From the NCBI GenBank assembly GCA_973851085.1, contig OZ316775.1, forward strand, positions 12,338,001 to 12,402,000: a stretch of 64,000 nt of DNA, written 5' to 3'. Source of the stretch: Ptychomitrium polyphyllum (Eukaryota). Positions within the stretch are counted from its first letter, which is position 1. Every line of letters starts with the position of its first letter. The notes under the pieces were generated by a model. That model ran no database searches, was not told the DNA's origin, and worked only from the letters and a program-made list of their open reading frames with translations. This document shows, one piece after another, positions 11,311 to 25,680 of the stretch. The position numbers and the translations under genes were made by a program.

Positions 11311-14300
11311 TCAGCTAGATTCGTCCATTGGTGCCTTTTCCTCCCCAAGGTCATTCGTAAGCTTTGAAAAACCAACTTCTTGACATTCATTAGAGCCACT
11401 AGATGTTGACACTGGTGGACCGGACTGAGCCATGCCACTTTCTTCGTTACATGAGAAAACCGATCTAGTATCTAGGTCTTCTGCAAGAACTTGACTGAGC
11501 TCCTTTAAGCCTGTGGCATGCTGCAGCCGCTTCCTCTGTATTATACCAACTCTCAGCTTACTAAGTTCCTTCTGTGATGAGCTTGACAAGTTCTGGGCTG
11601 GTCTAACTCGTTGCTCACCATTTGCCCCATTCCGCAATTGTGATCCAATCGATGAAGGAAGGTCATCACTCGTACTACCAGCTCCAGTCACATTGCCCTG
11701 CAAGTGCCCACCCAATGGGCTTTCTCTAACAGCTTCTGATGAAATGCCACTCTGTTGTTCAGTAGTATCAATGGTTCTTAAACCTGATCCATCCTGCAGA
11801 CTTGAGACAGGAATAGGTACCACAAGACCTTTGGGGAGTGGGAGTGAAGGTGCTGAGCCCATGTCACCACTAGTAACCATGCCTGGCTGTATCTCTTCGA
11901 CCATATTCAATTGAGCAGTTTGTGAAGCCCAGTTACCTTGTGGCACACCTCCTTGATTCCAGGCGGTATGGCCGTTCGTCTGTCCTGCGAGACTATTGTG
12001 TGGGGGACCAACATGATTACTATCAATGCTGGGTGCCACTTGAACAGGATTAAGCTGAGGTTGCATTTTGTGAAACAGCAAATGCGCGATAGACCGATCA
12101 ATAGGATTTGTCTGTGTTTCCACCCCATTCATGTCCATTCTGCAAACAGTAGACCATAGCACATCAGAAAACGACGGATCACTGTCCACATGCCTACCAA
12201 TTACGATTCAACGCTTCACATTCAACTAAGACATTAAAAATAAAATACTTTGGAGCTAATGCACAAATATATGTGGAACCGGAACGCAGCAGTCTATACC
12301 TAGAAACTCTGCTGGACGATGAGGGGTCACTGCTTATAGAAGCTTCAAGGCCAGATGATGTCGCGTCTGCGTCCTGAGAAACTTGAGAGCAATCGGCACC
12401 ATCATCACCAGTTGATCGTCCAGTTAAAGCTTGCCTTCTCATAGCGCTCCTCGCCAATCGATACAAGGCATCCCTTATACCCAATCTCGTTCCCAATTCC
12501 AACTGCTGAGACCAAGAAAACCATGTCAAGTAATACCCATGTACGACTCTACTAGTACGAACTGTTTACCACAGCACTCTCTGTAGATTACATAAGAATA
12601 AATGCACGATATCAGGAAAAAATGTAAATAGAATATATAGGCATAATGAAAGACTGAAGATTGATCATCCCAAGAAACATTCCTCCCAACTGGTCAAGGG
12701 TGGCACACATACCGTCTTTATGGTAATCTGGAGCTGATCCAAAACCGCAGCTTCCAATGAACCACCTTCATCATCAGACGTGACTTCTACACTGGTCTGA
12801 CCAACTGAAAGAGATGGCTCGTAATCACTGTCTGATAATGGTATCTTTGTTTCACTAGGCTTCACGTCTACATCCAACTCTTTTACAGCTATATTCTGCG
12901 GCGCAGGTATAACCCCCTTCCTCAAGCCACTGGTATCCAGTGAAGCAATCCCGTGAGCAGCAAACTGTTGTTGCTGCTGCTCAACTGCATAACGTGCCTG
13001 CATCTGCTGCAGAAACTTCAGCTTCTCAATTTTCTCCTGTGGAGTCATAATTGGAGTACTAGGTTGCGGAAGAGCTTGAACCTCTCCAGGCGGCTGAAGT
13101 TGATGTTGCTGATAAGGTGCCAAAGGTTGTGGAAAAGCACAGGGCTGTTGATACCCCACATACAAACCTTGTCCTTGCATCTGGCCAGAGACAGAAGCTG
13201 GTGCAACCTGTGAGATGACATGCAGAGGAGGACTATACCCAACGTGCACATAAGGAGGCACAGGCCGAATCATTGGCTGCAGGGGTAATAGAGTTGGAGC
13301 GTTCACTGGAAAACCATGCGTATTAGGAGTAGATGGCTGATGAAGATGCGCTCTCTGTGCCGGGATTTGCAACGGCATCGAATGGAGCACCTGCAGAGCC
13401 TGTGGACCCCCGTAGGCAGCAGCGTGAAAAATCTTCCGATGGTTAAGTTGTCGCTTAGTTCGTTCTTCAGATCTTTTCCGGTTCACAGCATGCCGTCGCG
13501 CTCTGTGAGCCTGACACAACCAAGTTCATATGCTTTCAGAGGAAAAAACCACAAGAGAGAAGTAGGAAAAAAAGCTACACGTGCTAGTGTCGATCCAGAG
13601 ATAATGGAATTACAAAGAGGTGAGGTAGCCTCTCAAACTGTTACAATCTATACAACACATACCAGTTTCATTAAGTGAAAGGATAGAATCTAAACATCCA
13701 TGGTGAATGCTAGGAATAGTCCATAAACATCTGAACCGTACATACAACATCCACATACCTGAGCCATTTTGACTTTCTCCGAATCAGAGACGCCGACAGA
13801 AGATGGACCCGATTCGTCTTCCGTAACATCCTTTCCTACTGACGGATTGTCAGTACTTTCAGACGTAGGCACGCTTCCAGTGAGAGCCTCCATCATCTAA
13901 AAGAACACCACCATGAAATTGCATGCATGTGTTATTAAATAGTTGCAGACTGGCCAAAATCCTTCAGCAGCTTTCCACTCACCAATAAATGGACTCCACT
14001 GGGTTCAGAATCTATCTGAGGTCAAGATACATTCTGCAAAAGGGATTATTGATAATGCTTCAAAAGATACAACCGGATACAGGTAGTACCAAAGAGGCCT
14101 ACCTGAAATACTGGATATCATGGCTACTTCAAAGAGTCCCTGGCACTGACCTCCAAAGACCGAAAAACTACTTGAAACCTGACCGACACATAAAATCTGA
14201 TAAAAAGTCACAACCAAACGTAACTTCCGGGGTTCATGCACTAACAGCCCTCAACAAAAAATAGATGGTAATCCCACATGTTCACCGAACAAACAGCTAA

Positions 14301-15156
14301 TAGAATGTCGATGACTATAAGAAAATAAACAGTAGAAGTACCTTCTCGTCATCTAAATAATCGCTTGAATTGATCTGGCCCCCAGATAGCAGATCAGACT
14401 GTTGCTCGGCTTGTACGCTGTCAAAACTGGCTGGAGCTTGAAACTCTGCCTCTTGAAAGGTTGCATTATGATCGCTCCCTCCACATGATATAGGTAGAGA
14501 AGCGTTTAGGGAAACAAACTTCGGGTCAAAGAAGTCTATTTTTCCGTTCCTGAGTGACCCAGTGTTTATGACTGACGACGACTTCGTCCCAGATAACTCA
14601 CTCTCCGACTGCAGGTCGAGAGGAGATGTTGAACCGTCCCACTGCAAAGTCGCAGGGCTGAATGTCGACCGCCCAAAAGCAGAATCCGGATCAGAGCTGT
14701 AATCAAGTAAAACTATAAGCAACTCTTAAAAAAGTTCTCAACCAAACTCCAGCTAAGAAGATGCAACCAACACGTCATAGCACACTAAACGTATTCAAAT
14801 CTCGAAGAAAGTGATATCAGTTCAAATCCGTTTACAAGTTCCATAATGAACACTTACTTCATTTAACGCTAAACCAGAACGCATGTTCTTCTAATTATCC
14901 GGAGGATGAGATTTTACCTGAGCAAATTATCAACGTCTTCCAAACTACCAAAGCAGTTATCCCAGCTGTAGTCTCCTTTAACATCACCACCATCACCTCC
15001 TCCGAACAACGACAAGCCGCTTTCCTCGGGGTCAACATCACACAGCGAGAAGTGACAACTAGTTGTAACTATGCTGGAATTATCCTCCGAAAACAGGGCA
15101 TCAGCCATGTACGCCCCCAAACCACCACCGCCTAGAATTGGCGAGTCGACCTTCAT
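11311..15156 (-). CDS. LNK: LNK (night light-inducible and clock-regulated) family protein. Exons 15156(start uncertain; acceptor at 15185)-14918, 14696-14342, 13896-13759, 13510-12713, 12502-12300, 12139-11311; ~853 aa
   Basis: GT-AG introns with consistent phases join the ORF-track fragments. LNK signature motifs are present: W..FGSLEDVDNLL.S.D.AFG, SLEAAVLDQLQ...LELGTRLGIRDALYRLARSA, ETQTNPIDRSIAHLLFH. Q-rich middle region. Confidence 0.85.
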
Positions 15157-16576
15157 ATCGTCCTCTTCAGAATAGCTATGTCTAACTGCAAGACCCAACA
15201 CAATGCGGCACATTTAGGTACATTTATACATTCAGAGTTATCCTCCAACCCGTCACGTATCCAAATGCACCATTGAAACCGAGACACTATTTACAGGTGT
15301 TTCAAGGTGCTGACAGCCAGGAAATTATGCAATATTGAGACCATTTGCTTTGCAAGCGTCCTTGAACTTGGCCATATGCTGAGCGCTACTGAACTTTTAC
15401 ACATCCAGTTTACGTCACTTTCGAAATCGACAATAGTTTCCTAAACTGCCTTCACAGCCTGACGAAGTATAGATACATAAATGAAAGATACGACTAGAAA
15501 AAGGAAGCTCTGACCACACACCTGCCAAAGAATTCGCATCTTCTACACTCCGTCCACCACCAGGAGCACCTCCTGAAACTTATGATCTTGCATCCACATA
15601 TGCCAGTAGAGGTGCTTGCTATCCACGAAACGGTTCCCAAACCAGCTGCACGCCAGATACCATCGACAGCTCAGGCCCGCCTCTCTTAAAAAGATTGGAC
15701 CTCCGGTAAACACACTTTCACTTTTACCAAGCGGAAAACGCCTTCAAACTCGGTGTCACGATCATCTACAGCTTGTTGAGCCTAGCCATCTCACACGCAC
15801 AAAAGAACTACGACTCCCGTCTATCATCTCCAATTTCTACGTAAATGCGCTTCTCATAAGCAACCTCAAACGGAGAAGCGCTCGCCACTTGTCCTCCGAC
15901 TCCTAAACTCCTCACACCACCTGCAACCACCAAAAACTCCTCAGGCCGCACCCCTCGAATTCAGAAACAAAAGAATAACAGGTCACATGCAACCGCTGCA
16001 AGTCACGCCTCCCCGAAGACGATGAAAACCAAACTCGCGCGATGCAGGAACAAGATCAACACCACTAATAACCTCCAGAAACATACGAAGCCAAGAATGA
16101 AGTCATTACCGCCCGTCAAGCAAAACTCTAGATCTGACGAAATTTCAAAATGGAGACTCAAGAATTAGGAGCTCGGCGATTGAATCCACGTCTCCTACCT
16201 CGAACAGTGTCCACACGCGCCGCTTAGAGCTACGTGAAGTCCCTCGGACCGCTGCCGCTTCGAAACTCTCTCCGACCTTCCTTCCCCCTGTGAAAGCTTG
16301 CAGACAGAGTGCATTAGGGTTCAGAGAGACAATGGAGAGTAATGAGGCCTGACAATGCGGCGGACGATAAAGGCAAAGCGCAGAGAGCGGCCGTGGAGCA
16401 GCGCGCTCGGAAGGGGAACCCCAGGCCCTGATGGCGATGGCGTCGAGCGGGACAGCTAGCTAGCAGCGTTGCGGAGGATACGAGAACCACAAACCGGGGC
16501 GCCCAAGCCACAGCCTCTCACTTCGCCACTCCCAGGCAGGGCCAGGCCAGAGCCAACAGCGCTGGACGAACGTCAT

Positions 16577-16584
16577 CCACGTGG
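16577..16584. promoter_or_regulatory. G-box (CCACGTGG) in the GC-rich LNK upstream region
   Basis: Perfect 8-bp palindrome upstream of a light/clock gene. Function is inferred. Confidence 0.45.
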
Positions 16585-19500
16585 TTGGTTTTCATCGAGG
16601 CGCTGGCTACGGAGCGGGCCCTGGGGATGGAGGGGTGATGGGACGGTTCGGGCATAGTGGGCTGCGTCAGCCACTGCGGCCGTGTCACCTTCTGTCCGTT
16701 TTTCTGATGCGATCGGGGATGCTGTTCAACGTTGAATCCATAGCCAGACAAGTGGGGCCACCCCCGCTACTTTTGGCTGTCGATTCCTCTGCACGCTGCG
16801 GGGTGGACCAGAGCGTGCGAGCCTGTTTACACTGGAGAGCTTGAGCTCCAGCTCAAGGAAACAAGTGGACCCGTGCTTGAACGACACCGAGCTATTTTTC
16901 TCGTTCTGGCTATCGATTCACGTTTGCAACGTTTTATCCGAGCCCATGCCTCAAAAATTTGGATGATAGTTATTGTTTCCATTTAGTACTCTTAAGCTAT
17001 TGGCGAATATTTGATTAAAGATTGTTAACATTAAAGCAAAGTCACTTCTTGTATACACTGTTCGTTTTGTTAAAAGCAACTCTTATCATCCAAATTTTCA
17101 GAAGTGCAATGGAAATTGCCTTCAAGGATTTAAACCACCAATTAGTTTAAATTTTAGAGGTATTTTAAATTGTAACCTTATTACAAACTAGCTCTATTCT
17201 TTTTTTGAATGTTCTTAAATGAGACCATTATAAGTGGACCACCTTCTACTAAATAAGAAAGTCTTGAATTGAATGTAGACCAAATTTTAGGTATAAATTT
17301 AAATATGAAGACCATGTTTACAGTGAAGAAAATATGATAATAGTATAAACATCAAAGCTTTACAAATTAACATAATGATTTCAATTTCTAAAAGTTTTCA
17401 GTTTTTTATATAATATGATTAATATAATATTCATAAAACACAACAATCTTAACTCTAAAATTTATTTCTATTCTCTTTTTTTGTAATCTTTTGCAGAGAA
17501 ATTTTTATTCAAGTACCATTCTATTTGTAATCACTATATAGAATTCCAAATATGTTATTTATTAAATAAAACTTTCTTATATTTAATCCATAATTTACTT
17601 GATGAACTTCCAATTTTTCATCTAAAAATGAATTAATTTTCATCTGATTTGAGTTATAATTCAAGTTTTATGTATAAAATCAAGTATTCAACACTAATAA
17701 AATTTAAAGTGGTTTTATTTATACATACATATATTATTGTTATTTATTTCAAAGAAGTTTACATTTTTATTATTTTAGACTAAGCAAGTAATGTGAAAGA
17801 TTCAAAATATTTGTGATTTAGGTTACATAAAGCTTTTAATGTAATTTATGGCCACAAACAATAATTCCAACTTTTTAGCAATGTTGTATTTAAAAGAGAA
17901 AAATATAAATTGAAATGTGGATAATAAAAGTATCTAAAATAATTTATCTAGTAAAGAAAGATTGAGCAAAAACAAAGCTTTTCTTAAATAAAAATGATGA
18001 CAAAATTAATCTATTTTAGCTTTGAATTAAATAAAAAATTGAAGGAAACAATGCTAAATTGCAAAAAGTTGTTAAATTAGCCACCTCTTTGAATTTAGAA
18101 GAAAGTTCTTCACCTTCTTTCAAATCTTGAAGCTTTCAATTAAAACCGTTGAAAACAAAGGAAGCTCAAGTTTAAGGTGGTTTTATAGATAATTATAATT
18201 CAATTGCAACAAGCTTAATTTTTTATAAGTGTATATTTTTACATAGCACAATAGGCTTTTATAAATTAAACACATTTATTTTGTAACTGTATGTTTTTTC
18301 AATTTTTCTTATTTTATACTTTGTACTGAAAAACATTCCATTTTTAATGTGGTGAAAGGAAAGAAAAATAGCTTTGATATTTCAAGAAGTCAACAATTGA
18401 AAATTTTGTGTTTCCAAGGCTTTTTACATGTATATACAAGGCTTATATTCATTATCCAAGAAAAAAAGAATTAACTAAAATCCAAAGCTATCATTTATTA
18501 GTGGATCATATAAAATCTAAAATCAAAGTACAATACTTTTGGATGTTATTAGCAGTTGTAAATTCTTCACTTATATGGTTTTTAATACACCTAACTTCAT
18601 ATTTGAAACTCCATTAGTCTTTATTTTAATGATTTACTATTAAATGATTGTGAAATAAAAAATACATTTCCACTAGAATAATTCACTTTTCTAAAATGAA
18701 ATCCATGTCTGTTTCATATTGTGTAGATATGAATACATGGTATATGTTTGATTTTATGTAATTCTAATAAATTTTTTAAATGGAATCTTGTTTTGACTTT
18801 TATAAAAAAATTCAAGAAACTATATTAAAAACAATTTTTTTGGTATTTGTGTAATTTCATAGAATTTTTGAATGATTTTAAGAAATTCTTTAAATAAAAA
18901 CTCATTCCATCATTTAAAGATTAAATTCCATTGTTAAAACTTTATTCTATTACAATGCAAAGAGTATATGAGCTAAGTCATGAAATTAGACTTATGCCAT
19001 TATGTATTCACTTTAACATGTTCTTTACTATCATTCATTGTGTAATTTCTTACTTTCTAAAATGCCAATGTATTGCTCCAAGTTGAGAGTTTGAATATGA
19101 ATACTTCAAAGGTCAACATAAGATTCATAGTGTGATTTAAGTAAAAACAATTGTTGATTTCCTTCCTACATTTGTAAGCTAACTACACCAACTTAACCTT
19201 GGCATATTCATCCTCAAATTACAACTTCTTCCAAGTATTGAAGAAATGTTAATCTTTTGAATTTGTTTAAATACAATTATAGGCAATGATTTTTTAAATA
19301 ATATTATGGTATAGTAAAGTAATTCAATAAAAATAGATGTTTTCACAATTATATTCCATAAATAGAAGTACAATTTACCTTAATATTGAAAGCTTGCAAA
19401 TTCTATAGATATAAATTAAAAGATGGAACAAATAGGCACTTCATTTATATTTGGAATGAGAATTTTTTATCATAAATTTGTAAATTCATTATATTGAATG

Positions 19501-22500
19501 AAGTTTTTTAATAGTACATTTAAAACTTGAAGTATATTATAACATTCTTTAACAAGCATTATAGGTAATAAAGCCTTTAAAATATCCAATTTTGAACAAT
19601 TATGATTTTCTTATCAAAAGTTCAAATATCATGTTTTAAAGTGTATTTTAATTTTTTCCTCTTTTGGCTCTTTAAAATTATTTGAATCAAAATATATAGA
19701 AATCATAATTATGGATGCAATTCTTTGAATATAATTCACATCAATTGCTAAAAATACAATGGAATGTTAATTCTATTTCTCAATAAGATTTTTACCAAAT
19801 CAAAAAAATTTAAAAAACATATATTCCTCCAAATTCATATAAATATAATTTCATCTTAGTGAAGTTATTGCTTAAAATCTTAAAACATAATTTTTATTAA
19901 TCAAATGATGGTTACTTCAAAATACAAAGCCATAAGTCCATTGGCATAGGTATCTCCATAAATTTGGCAAAATACATCTCCTTAAAAAGTCCAAATTTCA
20001 TTATTTCCATGCTAATTCACTACCTATAATGAAGGCACTTTCTATGAACTATTCTTAGTTATTACTTGATTAAGAAAAAAATTGCTTTAAAAAGAATGAA
20101 CTACCTTTGAATGTCCATTCTATCCTATGACCTTGTAGGCAAAGGCTCAAGGAATAGGAAGATAAAATGCTTCTTTTGCAATGGCTCTTTTTTGGCCTTT
20201 GTTCTTCTTCTTGCAAAAATTGATACTTCATTTATGCTAATCCTTAAACTCCAATGTTATTATTTGATTTTTAATTTTTTCTCTACTTAAAATTTTTTCT
20301 AACATAGAATACAATGTCAAATTGAATGTGTGTCAAAATGACATTTAATATCATTTTAAGAACATTTTGATATCATTTGAACTTATGTCATTTCAATGTC
20401 AAGACGACATGAACAAGACATGAAAATGATAAGTTATGTATCGATGTCATTTCAACATCAACAAGTTACTGGTGTACACGCTTGATGTCAATACGAGAAC
20501 CATTTTTTTTGGCACTTAGGTCGCATAAAATAACGTGACGAAGCAATCTTTGTGGATCCCCATAAATCATTATCTCAGAGCTCATTGGTAGCTATATTTA
20601 TAGTTCCAAGCTGCAAGATTAGGAGCAGTTTGTCGCTGCAATATCCTTACTGTGCAGTACCTAGTCACCTCTATGACTGAGAAGTGGAAGTAAATTTAGT
20701 GTGCACTGTGGATAGGATCAAAGGATGCTTCTAGAGTTACGTCATTTAATGAACTGTTCAATCTATAAGGTCACGGACCCATTACAGTGAGGACAGTAAA
20801 ACGGAACTCTACTTAATCTTTATGCTTTTCTTCTTGACTTCCCATTTTCTTTCCTCCCTAAGCTTTTAAAAAAAATTGTTGGAGTTTTAAAAGTTTTATG
20901 GATTCTTTTTTAAAATACATGTTTTTTGATTCTATTTTATAAAAAACTCTTATGTAATTGTTAATTTTTTCTTACCAAGTAGTTATAAGTATAGAACACT
21001 CAAAACCAAAAGTGGATTTATGTGGAACACCAATTGATGTTTACAAGTGTTATAGAGACTCTGCTTCTGTAGTTTTAAAATGCTTTTAGATTCATATTTA
21101 GGGCCCTTTTACTTTCAACTTGAGGAATTTTCAATACTATATTTCCATCACAATATTTTTTAGAAAATGAATTCTTTAAAAATTGATTCAATTCAAACTT
21201 GAAATTGTAATTATACTAATCTTCATTCTTTTTCTTCATTTCTATTTGTAATTGGAACTTGTTTATTAACTCATAAATTTTGAATATGATCCTTAAATAC
21301 TTGACATCCTTTCCAAATTAAAAGGCATGGTCTACAATTCAACTTCATAGCCTATTTTGGCAGACATATTAAAACAAATTTTACAAATCATAATTTGCAT
21401 ATTATTTCTTACATTCAAACCTAGTTTTTGCTATTACTAGTATCTCAAAAATGGTTTAGAAAACCTAAATTCTTATTTTTTCAAAATTTATTAATAAAAA
21501 ATTTAATAATGATTTCTTCTAATGGTATTTAAAAGAAAGATTTTCAACACTAAAACTTTAAAATAACAATTGAACAACTAAAATTAAAGATTTTACTTTT
21601 GTAAGCATTAATTTTTGAGTTTGAGAAGTTATGATTTCTTTTGAACCATATTTTCAAGTAAATGCTCATTAAATGCAGCTAAGAATTTTGATTTAAAAAC
21701 CTATCCAGTTTAAGAATTAAAGAAGAATGTGATGAGTGGACTCAAAAATTGATGGTAGCAAAGAAAGTGGTTCAAATTTGCTAATCATTTGGAATTTAAA
21801 TGCTTGCACAAAATTGGATTAAAGGAAATATGCATATGTTTTGTGCAATAAATTAGGTAAATGTAGCTCATGCTTTTAACTTTGGTCCAGTGGTAGCATC
21901 ATATTGAGTTCAAGTAAGTGGTAACAATGTGAAATTAACAAAATTCACAATAAATGGTAGTGGACACATATGGTAGCAAGTGCAAGTAGGTATGAATTTA
22001 GATTGGTGAAATGGCCACATACTCTCTCACTCATCTATTCACACTCTTTTAACCCGTAAGCATGCCGACTTACAAATTCTGGTAAGTGCTGATTAATCCA
22101 AGCATACGTGCCATTTATCAATCATTTGACCTTGATGTACCTATATTACAATTTCAGCAACTTGCCGAGAAAGAAGAAATTACTCAGTTATGGAAAAAGT
22201 CGTGGCCCAAATGCCAACCCCTTCAACATATACTAGGACCAGAGTCCAGTCACCGGTGTACCTTCGTCGTGTCATTTTAAACGAGTAAAATGTTGTGGCT
22301 ACATAGCTTTGGAGGTGATTCGGCGCAATTATACGATGGGCTGACTGAGGCTTTCAACAGATTTGGAGCTCCAGTGTGAGATGCGCTCCTCCTTACTAGG
22401 CCCTACCCAAATTGTTTCATCCTCTCATGTTCTAGATAAAGACTGTGGCGCTGAGACCCGGCAGGTGCACGAACCGCGTGTCTGGAGATGCGTTTTCATG

Positions 22501-22641
22501 CGCTGCACACCACAAGTTCACTGCGTGGCTCACAATTATCCTTCCTGATCAAACTCTTCCACTTGCTCGCACTGGATGGTGGGGCTTACTGAACTCAGCT
22601 TGGCTCCCAGCGCCTGGCCTGCCTTCAAGAATTATTGTGCC

Positions 22642-22762
22642 AAACATGCTTGGGCTGTAACTTACTGCAAAACATGCTTGGGCTGTAACTTACTGCAAAA
22701 CATGCTTGGGCTGTAACTTACTGCAAAACATGCTTGGGCTGTAACTTACTGCAAAACATGCT
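22642..22762. repeat. Perfect 28-bp minisatellite, 4 copies plus a partial
   Basis: The unit AAACATGCTTGGGCTGTAACTTACTGCA recurs at period 28 with no spacers. Confidence 0.97.
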
Positions 22763-23862
22763 GCAGTGTACTGGACATGATGTCAATATGGGTTCTCGAC
22801 GGAGGCTCTTCACATAGCCCAGATCAGAGCAGAGTCCAATTTAATGGAGAAGCAGGATTCCCTCAGTAGCATCAGTAAGGTACATGCCACTGTTCCCGCT
22901 TCCTTAACCGATTTCGTAGCCCTTCTGATCCTAGCACTCAGCAAGCCATAAAGCAAGCCATAAAGTCTTCCAAGTAATTACTTTCTAATGTTCCTTTTCT
23001 TATCATAAACTACGGTACGCGTCTTCCTTGAGCTTTACATAATCGTTGAAGATATTTTGAATTTTTTGTGAACTTCCAGAAGTGTAGATTCTTGCAAACA
23101 CATAAATAGTTACTGGTGATTTCTTTGAGATAATACAAATTTCAATTTCAAACTATATTTACATTAGAAATTTTGTCATTGTTAAAGATTTAGAATGCTT
23201 GAAAAAATCATACTCAATGGAACTTAAAGTTGGAATTGCAATAAAAATTATCATTAAATTACTTAACTTGGCATTTAAAGATGGTATTTATATAAATGGT
23301 AAATTAATTTTTTTTGCAAAGTAACTCAACTTGGTTCATTCCAATCATGTGACAATTTAGTACATTAAGGATTAAATAATTTAGTATATTTTCAAAGTTA
23401 GTGTACAGAGAGATCTTAAAGAGAAGGCAAATTTCATTTTTAATTCAAAAATTATTATTTTATTTTTGTATGAATCTTAGAAAAACTTATTAAACCCTAC
23501 AATTATTAGTTAATTGAGATATTTTCAATTACTTCTTTTCTACAAATCACCTATTGAACAATAAAATATGGTATTAATTCTATATTTTTTAAGTTACATC
23601 TTTTATTATATGTATTGTAGGCTAAATTATTAAAAGTAATCTACAAAGTTTGAAAACATTTCTATTAATGTGGGCTACTTTAATTAAGCAATGTGCATTA
23701 GTGAAATTATTATAGAATCTATACTACATATTTTGCAGGTTTATTTTCATTCTTGCACTACTTTGTATTACTCAATAGTTTTTGAAATAAATCCTTAAAG
23801 CTAATCTTTGAAACTACTTCTTCTTTATTTTTATGTTTCTTGTGTCTTTAATACCTACATTT

Positions 23863-24200
23863 TGTAACACCTTTTATACAAGGTCATGGAAAGCTATGTA
23901 AAGGTCTCATAAATGTTTTGAATCTTTGCTAAAATTCTTGGAAGTTTATAAAAGGTTTTAGAAGGCCATGGAATATTATAGAAGGTTGTGGAATATTCTA
24001 AAAGACTATGGAAGTTTTTAGAAGGTTGTAGATGATATATATCTGTTAAGGTAGAAGGTGTTTTTGAAATAAGAAAAATCTTTTCCAATATGGAAATATA
24101 GAGCTCTTTATATGAATGCAATGGACATATTTTAAGAAAAGAAAAATTAGGTATTTTAGTTTGTGCATAGGTATTTGATTTCTATGATTAAATTCTACCT
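23863..24200 (+). mobile_element. Degenerate LTR relic of a further gypsy-like family
   Basis: Starts TGTAACAC, followed by GAAGGTT/TTCTAGAA-like repeats typical of LTR U3. The right end is unclear. Confidence 0.55.
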
Positions 24201-25199
24201 TTGATCATTTAACTATTTTTTTCTTAATTAAAAATTGGAACAAATTAGATGATTAATGGTAGTCAACATTAAAAATATTAATAAATCTTTTATATTTTAA
24301 AACTTTGTGGTGCACTTGGAAAATACTATGATTATAATTAAAACCATATCAAAGCTTTATTCTTTCATAAATACTTCATTATAACCTCAATTAATTTGAT
24401 TACTCATTTGGTGTTAATGAAATAGGCAAATTATTAAAAAAACTAAAGCCTTTGTATGTGGCTATGACTATATTAATCTTTCTCAATTTACTATTCTTTT
24501 TTGATTTGTCTTTATAAATATTAGCACTTTCAAAAGATGGTGGATTAAACAAAGAAAGTTTTCAATATTCACATACAAACCAATCCTAAATAACATAGAT
24601 CTAACACACATATTACAATATATAATCAAGGCTGTTCAATATGACGAGTTGAAAAAAAAATGGATTAACTTGTTGATTGACAATTGTGACAAATGTAACA
24701 AGTGGCACAATAAGCTTGTTTAATATTCTTTGCTACAATTTGGTTTTGTTTTTATTATTACTGCGCTTTAAGTTGGAATTTTCTCTGTAAATATTTAGAA
24801 TATCTGTAGTATTTTAGAAAACAAAACTTACATATATAAAAGATTATGTGACCCAAACAAAAGCCAAGTTGAAAAAAAAAATGAAAATCCATGTAGAAAA
24901 TTACTGACCGCAAATTTGGAGACATTAGGTTTAGCAACACAAATGCTAATATTCAACAATTAACCATTTGCGCAAGTATTGGCAACTGCAAGTTTATAAT
25001 AGTAGTCTATACATTATTTTAACCATTGTTATAAATAAAACAACAATAAGGTAAAGCATTAAAACTTCAAAATATAGAAAAAGGTACTTATAAAGTATAT
25101 TACAAGCAAAGACCTATTACAAAGTACAAAGACACAAATGGGAGGTTTGTGCTAAATAAAAAGAAATAGATTGTTGAAATTGAAAATTTCTTGAGCCTT

Positions 25200-25680
25200 G
25201 GCTTATATATATTAAAACTATAAGCTTTGGAAACTTCTTAAAAGACTTATGATACAATATTTTGTGCTTAAACAACCTTAGCTTGCTTCATTATAAGCTT
25301 TCTTATCCAAAGTTATTTCTTTGGTTTATTCAAACCTTCTATGAACTTTTATACATGCTTCTAACATGTATGTCCGTAACATCACCTCTTCTTTTAGCTT
25401 ATGGTCTTTGACTACCATACAATAATAAGTGTTCTAATCTGCAAAAAGTCATGAAAAATTCACATGGTACCTCCAACATACTTCAATTGCCTATCATAAT
25501 TCAAATGAATCATAGTGCTTTATAACCATCAATAATGACCAATTCCATCTACTTTAGACCAAGCATAAACCTTTGTATTTTTGTAAAAGCATCCTTCAAA
25601 CATTGCTTCTAAATAACCTTTATAGACAAGCTTTACTTCAAAGACAATTACGAATAATCTATTATTAGGTATCCTTCATT
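25200..25680 (-). mobile_element. Old LTR-retrotransposon 3' region, PPT and LTR start (at 25381); homologous to 48600-49200
   Basis: The minus strand reads AAGAGGTGA|TGTTACGGACATACATG. Upstream sequence aligns with 48650-48780 (TTTGAAGGAyGCTTTTACAA...). Confidence 0.6.

Noticed and set aside
17000..22000. AT-rich block as a Helitron or hAT element
   Set aside because: I could not recover diagnostic motifs by manual translation, so it is left unassigned.
22642..22762. 28-bp direct repeats as a CRISPR array
   Set aside because: Units are contiguous with no spacers, there are no cas genes, and the context is eukaryotic. It is a minisatellite.
22787..22820. IWVLDGGSSH resembling the copia protease motif WxLDSGAS
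   Set aside because: Short ORF with no surrounding gag or pol similarity. Probably coincidence.
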